Counted from the first letter of the stretch, positions 1 through 5,479 are shown. The stretch is DNA of 5,479 nucleotides from an uncultured archaeon (GCA_964565125.1 CAZMCX010000026.1:1-5479); one strand, 5' to 3'. Notes: a model not told the origin generated them from the sequence alone. Made by a program: numbers and translations.

Positions 1-20
1 AAAATTGCTTCTTACTAAAG

Positions 21-43
21 AAATTTCCTTTTCAAGGAAATTT
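21..43. repeat. Perfect 10-bp inverted repeat (hairpin-capable) spanning the Nudix stop codon; function unassigned
   Basis: AAATTTCCTT (21-30) and AAGGAAATTT (34-43) are exact reverse complements separated by 3 nt (ttc). The TGA stop (34-32) sits in the loop and first stem base. The stem is AT-rich and no immediate long T-run follows on the minus strand (CTTTAGTAAGAAGCAATTTT). Confidence 0.55.
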
Positions 44-466
44 GCTTTTTCCAAGCATAATAATAGCCATATAACTCTTAATCATTTTCATATGATCAAA
101 GCCTATTTGGTACTTTCCCAAATCATCAACAGAAATCCAATCTATGCTTTCAAATTCATCTTCTTTTATTTGCTTTTTTCCACCGGCCCATGCGCAAATG
201 TACACCATACTCACATAATGCCCCCGGGGGTCTCTTGTGGGGTCATCATAAGCCCCTAAAGTTGCAATTACATCAATATCATAACCTGTTTCGTCTTTTA
301 TTCCTCTTATTGCCGCATTTCTTGTTGTTTCACCATATTCTACATGCCCACCTGGCAAAACATATTTTCCACAAAAAGGATCTTTCTTTTTTTTCAAAAG
401 CAAAATTTTATTATTCTGCATAACGATACCATTAACACAAAGTATTGGCCTTTTAATTTCAGTCAT
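32..466 (-). CDS. Nudix hydrolase, small single-domain and ADP-ribose pyrophosphatase-like, with a variant Nudix box
   Basis: The ORF track starts at GTG 481-479. The ATG at 466-464 has GGAG (476-479 on the + strand as ctcc) 9 nt upstream, so I prefer it (144 aa). The Nudix box G-x5-E-x7-R-x-U-x-x-E-x-G is readable as GHVEYGETTRNAAIRGIKDETGY (nt 281-349; the G and R codons were hand-checked). The upstream GKYVLPGG and the downstream DPTRDPRGHYVSMVY are typical of small sugar-nucleotide/ADP-ribose Nudix enzymes. Stop is TGA at 34-32. Confidence 0.85.
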   Translation of the reverse strand: MTEIKRPILCVNGIVMQNNKILLLKKKKDPFCGKYVLPGGHVEYGETTRNAAIRGIKDETGYDIDVIATLGAYDDPTRDPRGHYVSMVYICAWAGGKKQIKEDEFESIDWISVDDLGKYQIGFDHMKMIKSYMAIIMLGKSKFP

Positions 467-475
467 ATTCTCACA

Positions 476-479
476 CTCC
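476..479 (-). promoter_or_regulatory. Shine-Dalgarno-like GGAG, 9 nt upstream of the Nudix ATG
   Basis: The minus strand reads TAA CACCTGT GGAG TGTGAGAAT ATG, lying in the 20-nt gap after the pilin-like gene stop. Confidence 0.4.
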
Positions 480-486
480 ACAGGTG

Positions 487-903
487 TTAACCAAACAAAA
501 TTTCACAAGTAATATTACAAATGTCAGTAAAACCTGGATTACAGGTAATTGTAACCTTAGTTTCCACATCATTCTGAGTAACTAATCCCGACTCAATCCC
601 CTTAAAAACAGATTTGTTAGATTTGAGGGTTAGGCAGCCTTGTGTTAGCCCAGTTTCCTCTTCAAAATATTTGTAAGTAAAATATGTTTCTTTAGGTATA
701 ATCACTTTATTAATAATGTATGGTTCTCCAGTTGGCGCCTTTACTGCATATTTTATATTACTTACAAGAGATTCATTTGAAAGATATACTTTCTGGTTCT
801 CTGTTTTCTCTATTAGAACAAAAATAATTCCAATAATAACTATCCCTACTATTGCACCAACTAATAACTGAAATATAAAATCTTCCTGTCCTCTTGAATT
901 CAT
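487..903 (-). CDS. Putative type IV pilin-like secreted or anchored protein with a class III-like signal peptide (138 aa from the ATG start)
   Basis: The ORF track starts at TTG 912-910. The ATG at 903-901 lies 1 nt after the platform-gene stop (GGT TAG T ATG) and has a GGGG run 10 nt upstream, so I prefer it. The N-terminus MNSRG-QEDFIFQLLVGAIVGIVIIGIIFVLI has a short basic head, a Gly at the candidate cleavage position, Gln at +1, then a ~24-aa hydrophobic helix. The remainder alternates polar and hydrophobic residues in a beta-like pattern and contains 4 Cys (C90, C121, C129, C133) and 3 N-x-S/T sequons (N43, N96, N130). Stop is TAA at 489-487. The ORF itself is likely real; the pilin assignment is tentative. 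Confidence 0.5.
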   Translation of the reverse strand: MNSRGQEDFIFQLLVGAIVGIVIIGIIFVLIEKTENQKVYLSNESLVSNIKYAVKAPTGEPYIINKVIIPKETYFTYKYFEEETGLTQGCLTLKSNKSVFKGIESGLVTQNDVETKVTITCNPGFTDICNITCEILFG

Positions 904-904
904 A

Positions 905-3142
905 CTAACCAAACCCCGATACCATCATTCCCGCAACTACAGAAGAGATTATAAATACTATAACTGCAATAGGGATAGTTTTTGCAATAAGTAATTTTGT
1001 TGCCAAAGAATTATCTTCTAAAATTAGGCTAACAAAGTAGGATAATATTATCACAATTAAAATCACATTTATGGTAATAATAATCATAAATGCACCGGGG
1101 GTTGCAATGTTTCCAATTGCACTAGTATTAAATGAAGTAGAAAGTTTAGAAAAGTCCAAACTTGAAAGACCTTCAGGCATATTTTCGCCCATTTTTGCCA
1201 TCCCTTCCCCAAGGCCCGAAGAAGTTAATGAATAAAGAGTTAATACAATTATTTTTTGCAAGCTAACTGTAATTCCCAAAACAGCCGGTGCAATAAATGT
1301 TGCCATTGTTGCAAGCATTTCAGAAATATCAGAAATAACTTTTTTTATCAGCTGTTTAATTTCCAAAACATTTTTTATTTGTATTGATATTGATATTGCA
1401 GTTTTTGATGCCGTGTGTGGACCTAATGTTACCGAATCTGCCATTATTTTTAAAGAATTATTTAATTGCTGCGAAGGATTATGTTTCATAGAACCAAAAA
1501 CAGGATCAAACATTGCTTGCTCTAATGGTAGCCCAAGCAAATTAATATTATCCATGGTCTTTGCAAACAAATCTTGACATATTGTTAATTCAGGGAAAAA
1601 GTCTTTTGTTTTTTGTAAAGCATCCTCAATGGGCTTTCCTTCTGCCAACCTCGAAGCCAAAATGTATAATACTTCCCTAAATTCGTCTTCCATTTTTACA
1701 TAATAATCTTGTATTTTCTTTTTATAAATCGCTGAAAAATAAAAATACACAAATATAATTAATGCAATTGTAAGTGCCATGCCATAAATCACAAAATAGG
1801 GTGTGGTATCATGCCCAGGTTGCATCATAAACAACATTTTTTGAGCCCTAATTTCCCCTGCCAATGTTTCTGGATCGCTTGCAGCTTCTGCGCCTTTATT
1901 AGCTAATAAAAAGTTTGTAGCTTGTAAAATAAAATATGATTCTGGATCTTTAACAAATTCATCTTGGAACTGCTCTGCTTGCATTACTTTTGCCAAAGTC
2001 GTTCCTAGTGACAATTGCAACAACACAGATAAAACTATTCCCACAATAAAAATAATACTAATTACTACCCTAAGATCAATTTGTATTTTTCCAATTCTCA
2101 TATTATTCTTCTTTGGAAGTCCGGGATATGTATCAGGAATCACAGGCGATTTGTAAATTCTCGGAACTTTTCTAATAATATATATTGCAAAAATAAAACA
2201 AATTCCAGGAATTAAAATATCATAAAGTATTATTAAAATCCAAGGTTTGGCAAAAGGCAAGTTTGCAAACACAGACCCAATTGGAAGAATAACAATCAAA
2301 AGCAATGGTAACAAAACACCAATATAAAATAATACAAGTGAAGGCTGTGATAAAGATCTTGCATAACCTTCCATTTTTATTTTTATAGAATCCAGTACAG
2401 AACTTATACTCTTGTCCAACATATCTGCTCTTTTTTCTTCATCATCTTCAACCATAGAAGATTTTATCAGCATTATTGCTTCTTTAAATTCAGGAGAATA
2501 AACTTTCCATCTGTAAGCCAATACTTCTAATCCTTCTCCAATAGTATTATGCACCCCAATATGGGTATCCCATAAAACTTTTTTCAAATCATCCGCAAGT
2601 TTTCCTTTTCCACGTAATGCTGCAAAATTCACTGCCCTTTCTAGGTTCGAACTAAGCTTCATAGACATTGCTAAATAGCTTATTATCTCCGGGACATAAG
2701 ACAATGCTGCTCTTGCTTCCTGCTCTGCAGCAATTATTGGATACCGCATAAAAAGATAGATTATTCCTGTTGCAATTCCACCAAATACACCCAACAAAAT
2801 AATAATAATATAAAAAGTCCCCAAAAAAGACACTAACAAAGGACCCAGAATAAAATACCCAATTATCATCAACACAATTGCAATAATAATAGAAAAAACT
2901 GTCACTGTTTTTATTCCAGCAGTTAATTCTTCAGGCCTAACATTCCAACCCAAAAAATCTAATGCCTCCTGATATTCTTTAGATATTTTACTATCCTTAA
3001 AATTTGGAAATTGTTTCGAAAATTTTTTACAAAGTGAAACATACCAGTTGTCTTTCTCCATTTGAGGCTTTTCATCATCCTCAGACTTTATTTCTTCACC
3101 TTTTATTCCCTTGTATAACTTACCAAGATTAATTTCGGGCAT
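905..3142 (-). CDS. Polytopic platform membrane protein of the FlaJ/TadC/PilC type, with two T2SSF-like domains and about 9 TM helices
   Basis: 745-codon ORF. The ATG at 3142-3140 lies 7 nt after the ATPase stop; its own stop is TAG at 907-905. Two soluble helical blocks, each followed by paired TM helices: aa ~140-265 (EARAALSYVPEIISYLAMSMKLSSNLERAVNFAA...MEGYARSLSQP, nt ~2348-2725) and aa ~485-615 (EFREVLYILASRLAEGKPIEDALQK...IKKVISDISEML, nt ~1298-1690). This is the duplicated GspF/T2SSF architecture. Hydrophobic segments read by eye: aa 78-100, 101-131, 267-289, 300-323, 359-379, 448-473, 611-640, 684-708, 716-742. The position directly downstream of the ATPase fits a motor-platform pair. 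Confidence 0.8.
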   Translation of the reverse strand: MPEINLGKLYKGIKGEEIKSEDDEKPQMEKDNWYVSLCKKFSKQFPNFKDSKISKEYQEALDFLGWNVRPEELTAGIKTVTVFSIIIAIVLMIIGYFILGPLLVSFLGTFYIIIILLGVFGGIATGIIYLFMRYPIIAAEQEARAALSYVPEIISYLAMSMKLSSNLERAVNFAALRGKGKLADDLKKVLWDTHIGVHNTIGEGLEVLAYRWKVYSPEFKEAIMLIKSSMVEDDEEKRADMLDKSISSVLDSIKIKMEGYARSLSQPSLVLFYIGVLLPLLLIVILPIGSVFANLPFAKPWILIILYDILIPGICFIFAIYIIRKVPRIYKSPVIPDTYPGLPKKNNMRIGKIQIDLRVVISIIFIVGIVLSVLLQLSLGTTLAKVMQAEQFQDEFVKDPESYFILQATNFLLANKGAEAASDPETLAGEIRAQKMLFMMQPGHDTTPYFVIYGMALTIALIIFVYFYFSAIYKKKIQDYYVKMEDEFREVLYILASRLAEGKPIEDALQKTKDFFPELTICQDLFAKTMDNINLLGLPLEQAMFDPVFGSMKHNPSQQLNNSLKIMADSVTLGPHTASKTAISISIQIKNVLEIKQLIKKVISDISEMLATMATFIAPAVLGITVSLQKIIVLTLYSLTSSGLGEGMAKMGENMPEGLSSLDFSKLSTSFNTSAIGNIATPGAFMIIITINVILIVIILSYFVSLILEDNSLATKLLIAKTIPIAVIVFIISSVVAGMMVSGFG

Positions 3143-3147
3143 AAAGA

Positions 3148-3153
3148 GATCAC
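3148..3153 (-). promoter_or_regulatory. Shine-Dalgarno-like GTGATC overlapping the ATPase stop codon, 5 nt upstream of the platform-gene ATG
   Basis: The minus strand reads AGA AAG TGA TCTCTTT ATG. GTGATC matches six consecutive bases of the SD consensus GGAGGTGATC, and the ATPase TGA stop is embedded in it. Confidence 0.35.
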
Positions 3154-5438
3154 TTTCTATCGTACTTCTTATTCAAAAAAGGCACAAAATCTTTATCTAC
3201 CCAATTTTTCCAAGTAGTATAAAGTTCGTCCAAATTCAAAGTATCTGACTCTTCCATTTGCTTTTCCCTAAACAAGTGCAAAGAGGTATTTGCTATTGTT
3301 GTATTTTCTGCTTCCAATAAATCTGAAAAATTAAGTTTTGTTTTTAAATCAACTAAATATTGTTTTGTTTTTGAAACCATACTGATCTCTTTCCAAATTT
3401 GTTCCATATTTAGTCCACTAACACTTTGAATTTTTGTAAATAATTCTGAATCTTTTAAGTTATCTTCTAATAAATCTAAATTATCTTTTTTTGCATTATA
3501 ACTCATTAAATCTAAAAGCCCGCCTTCAGTTTCTGGGTCTTCATTCCAATGTTTTTTTACTTCCGTAATCTGTACTAATCTTCTATTTCTTTTCAAAGAA
3601 CCCTTAAATCTTATTGGTCTAGAAACTGTAACTATATCTGTTGCCTTAAAAGAAGTAGTTGGCACTTCTAAATCATTTACAACTCTATCCCATACTGAAT
3701 ATGCCGAATCTCCGTGGATTGTACCCATAACAACATTTCCTGCTGCACCAACCCTCATCGCCTCATACAAAACTTTTGCTTCTTTACTTCTTACTTCTCC
3801 CAGAATTATTGCACTATCTCCCAACCTTAATGCTGTTCTTAATGCTTCGTCTGGCGGCACTTCAACTCCAACTTTTGAAGTAGTAATTGCTGACTGGGTT
3901 TTCAACCTTTGGACATTGTACCCTATGTTTTTCATATACATTGCGGGTATTTCCAAAGTATCTTCCTGTAATAAAATCCTAGAACTCATTGGTATTTCTA
4001 ACATCAATGCACTCAACAAAGATGTTTTTCCACTCCCTCTTGAACCTGCAACCAAAATACTAGACTGCATATCCACCAAAAAACTAAGCAGACCCGCAGA
4101 TAAAGAATTCATTCCATTTACATTCACTAACTGTGGCAAAGTCCAAGGTGTTGTTTTATGTAACCTAAATGCAAATGCAATTCCATCTGGTGATAGCGGT
4201 GGGCCAATAACTGCTACACGAGTTTCAAACTCTGGCAAATCATAATCCAACACAGGATGTGTTTCATCAAAAGGCCTTCCACTCTGTGCCCTAATTTTTG
4301 AAACAACCGATTCTGCTTCTCTTTCACTATACAAAATGTTTGTTTTACAAGGCCCAAATTTAGAATGTATTAATTTTAGTGGCTTATCACCGATTGGGGC
4401 ATCAACATAAAAATCAGTAATATTTTTATCAGATAAAAGGATTTCTAAAATTCCATATCCAACAGTATAACGGGCAACAATTTCTGACAAAGATTTTTCT
4501 TCATCCAAAGATAACGGAATACTGTTTGCCTTAGAAACACCTTTTATTGTTGTCAAAAATACCCTTTCAAAATAGTCTCTTGATTTTGCACCAACAGTAA
4601 ACGCTGCACTTCCCGGTTTATACTCTGCAACAATTTCTCTCGCCTTACTAATTATAAAATATTTATCTGGTGTTAATGAATACTCAGGGGGGTTCGCGAT
4701 ATACAAATACTCAACACTATCTGGCTGTTTAAAAATCTGAATTTGGGTATTGCCAACCATGTATTCATCAACTAATACCAAGCCTTCTACCTCTCCAAAC
4801 AAAAGTCTGGACCCAATAAAAGATGGTTTTATTTCCGCATTAAAAAAATACCTATATAGTTGACTTGTATCAGGGATATTAGTCAATTTCTGTAAATAAT
4901 CTTTTACTTTCTTTATCAAATCTGTTTTTTCTAAACTCTGATAAATATATATTAATGTTTCTAAGTAAGGCATTGCCCCTTTCTGGTATTTACTACCAAG
5001 TTTTGTAAGCCTTAATTTTTCTTTATTTATTTCATCTATTGTGGCCAAATATGCCAATATCGGATCCGATACAAGATAATCGCTTGCTATTTTTGCCAAT
5101 GTCGCGTGCCTATTAGCCGTATACTGTTCGTTTTCGTCAGAACCATCAGAAAGGTGCTCAGGCCCCCATAAACCATGAGCGCTAAAGGCAGAATATAATT
5201 CTCCAATTTGCCTTAACAAGGTAGTTTGATTGCTATTATAAACTCTTTCATAAACATCAGCCAACACTACCATGTCTGCTTTTTGTTTAGCCAAAAAAGT
5301 TATTGCATGAAGTCTACAGGCCTTATCATCCGCTAAAGAAGTAGAAAATACACAATTTTTACAGTTAAATATTAGGTGCTCTTGGTTATTTATTATTTTA
5401 TAAATTCCTTGCCCAACCTTATAGCCACCAATAATCAT
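3150..5438 (-). CDS. Secretion ATPase of the FlaI/PilB/VirB11 (T2SSE) superfamily, motor of an archaeal-type type IV filament system, with an unassigned ~190-aa N-terminal extension
   Basis: Uninterrupted 762-codon ORF. The ATG at 5438-5436 sits in the context GGTG-TAA-TTT-ATG, so an in-frame stop lies one codon upstream and the ORF cannot extend. Stop is TGA at 3152-3150. Walker A GSRGSGKT (aa 465-472, nt 4023-4046) was hand-translated from GGTTCAAGAGGGAGTGGAAAAACA. Also present: Asp-box-like LLQEDTLEI (aa 489-497), Walker B DSAIILGEVR followed by SKEA (aa 541-554, nt 3789-3818 for the core), and His-box-like GTIHGDS (aa 572-578, nt 3705-3725). Upstream segments GYGILEILLSDKNITDFYVDAP (aa 327-348) and YLYIANPPEYSLTPD (aa 244-258) look like the N-domain signatures of FlaI/GspE-type ATPases. 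Confidence 0.88.
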   Translation of the reverse strand: MIIGGYKVGQGIYKIINNQEHLIFNCKNCVFSTSLADDKACRLHAITFLAKQKADMVVLADVYERVYNSNQTTLLRQIGELYSAFSAHGLWGPEHLSDGSDENEQYTANRHATLAKIASDYLVSDPILAYLATIDEINKEKLRLTKLGSKYQKGAMPYLETLIYIYQSLEKTDLIKKVKDYLQKLTNIPDTSQLYRYFFNAEIKPSFIGSRLLFGEVEGLVLVDEYMVGNTQIQIFKQPDSVEYLYIANPPEYSLTPDKYFIISKAREIVAEYKPGSAAFTVGAKSRDYFERVFLTTIKGVSKANSIPLSLDEEKSLSEIVARYTVGYGILEILLSDKNITDFYVDAPIGDKPLKLIHSKFGPCKTNILYSEREAESVVSKIRAQSGRPFDETHPVLDYDLPEFETRVAVIGPPLSPDGIAFAFRLHKTTPWTLPQLVNVNGMNSLSAGLLSFLVDMQSSILVAGSRGSGKTSLLSALMLEIPMSSRILLQEDTLEIPAMYMKNIGYNVQRLKTQSAITTSKVGVEVPPDEALRTALRLGDSAIILGEVRSKEAKVLYEAMRVGAAGNVVMGTIHGDSAYSVWDRVVNDLEVPTTSFKATDIVTVSRPIRFKGSLKRNRRLVQITEVKKHWNEDPETEGGLLDLMSYNAKKDNLDLLEDNLKDSELFTKIQSVSGLNMEQIWKEISMVSKTKQYLVDLKTKLNFSDLLEAENTTIANTSLHLFREKQMEESDTLNLDELYTTWKNWVDKDFVPFLNKKYDRK

Positions 5439-5444
5439 AAATTA

Positions 5445-5448
5445 CACC
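5445..5448 (-). promoter_or_regulatory. Shine-Dalgarno-like GGTG, 6 nt upstream of the ATPase ATG
   Basis: The minus strand reads ...ATGGTGTAATTTATG. GGTG is complementary to the conserved CACC in the 16S rRNA 3' tail (GGAUCACCUCCU). The short motif is weak on its own in an AT-rich sequence. Confidence 0.35.
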
Positions 5449-5479
5449 ATACATTTTATGAGCCTGTTTGGTGTTTTTG

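Noticed and set aside
387-394. T8 homopolymer (A8 on the coding strand, encoding the KKKK of the Nudix protein) as a possible slippage or phase-variation site
   Set aside because: The reading frame is intact through it, and such runs are common in AT-rich genomes where they encode Lys tracts. There is no evidence of a frameshift.
5-423. Plus-strand ORFs 5..259 (84 aa) and 190..423 (77 aa), antisense to the Nudix gene
   Set aside because: They lie fully inside a minus-strand ORF that has a clear Nudix box. Their translations are low-complexity (His/Leu/Phe-rich) with no recognisable motif. They are shadow ORFs typical of AT-rich coding DNA.
479-481. GTG start for the Nudix ORF (MECENMTEIK...)
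   Set aside because: The GGAG element overlaps this codon rather than preceding it. The ATG at 466-464 lies 9 nt downstream of GGAG and is the more plausible initiator.
910-912. TTG start for the pilin-like ORF (MVSMNSRGQ...)
   Set aside because: It would overlap the platform gene by 8 nt, and the only purine-rich run (GGGG) is just 1 nt upstream of it. The ATG three codons downstream has better spacing and gives a typical short basic leader. The TTG start cannot be excluded without N-terminal data.
1382-1398. Tandem micro-repeat tattga-tattga-tattg
   Set aside because: It is only 2.8 copies of a hexamer inside the platform gene, encoding ISISIQ. It is too short to be a CRISPR array or a meaningful satellite.
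3916-4245. Plus-strand ORF of 109 aa antisense to the Walker A region of the ATPase
   Set aside because: It sits opposite the most conserved part of the ATPase gene and shows no motif, no SD and no plausible context. I treat it as a shadow ORF.
905-5438. Interpretation as a bacterial Tad (CpaF/TadB/TadC) or T2SS/T4P locus
   Set aside because: The platform is one chain with both T2SSF-like domains and ~9 TM helices, rather than separate TadB and TadC. The ATPase N-domain signatures look FlaI-like. The adjacent small protein has an RG|Q-type rather than a G|F/M-xxxE bacterial prepilin signal. This is still an inference, and phylogeny is needed to settle it.
5453-5459. TATA-box-like ATAAAAT (minus strand) upstream of the ATPase gene
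   Set aside because: It is centred only ~18 nt upstream of the ATG. A start site ~25 nt downstream of it would fall inside the coding sequence and would exclude the GGTG. A-rich heptamers are also expected by chance in this composition. The real promoter is probably beyond the window edge.
1-5479. Alternative genetic code or stop-codon reassignment
   Set aside because: The four genes terminate with TGA, TAG, TAA and TGA respectively, and the long ORFs contain no in-frame stops. The standard code explains everything.
1-5479. Mobile element, CRISPR array, tRNA or rRNA content
   Set aside because: I found no terminal inverted repeats, no transposase- or integrase-like ORFs, no regularly spaced direct repeats, and no non-coding stretch long enough to hold a structured RNA gene.

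Overview
The window is AT-rich and almost entirely coding on the minus strand. Four co-directional genes are packed with gaps of 7, 1 and 20 nt. In transcription order they are: (1) a 762-aa FlaI/PilB/VirB11-superfamily secretion ATPase; (2) a 745-aa FlaJ/TadC/PilC-like polytopic platform protein carrying two T2SSF-like cytoplasmic domains in one chain; (3) a ~138-aa protein whose N-terminus (MNSRG|QEDF plus a ~24-residue hydrophobic helix) resembles an archaeal class III (prepilin-type) signal peptide; (4) a ~144-aa Nudix hydrolase with a variant Nudix box. The fused platform protein, the GEVR-type Walker B and the class-III-like signal point to an archaeal-type type IV filament module. It looks pilus-like rather than an archaellum, because no archaellin, FlaH, FlaG/F, FlaCDE or prepilin peptidase gene lies in the window. 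The most unusual features are a ~190-aa unassigned N-terminal extension on the ATPase with a CxxC-x11-CxxH motif, the size and extra loops of the platform protein, an atypical Cys-rich and sequon-bearing pilin candidate, and a Nudix gene with RGIKDE in place of REUxEE apparently co-transcribed with the module. I saw no rRNA, tRNA, CRISPR array, transposase or long repeat. TGA, TAG and TAA all act as stops, so the standard code applies. The organism cannot be identified from the sequence alone; an AT-rich archaeon such as a small-genome or DPANN-like lineage or a methanogen is only an inference. All homology statements rest on motif recognition by eye, not on database searches.
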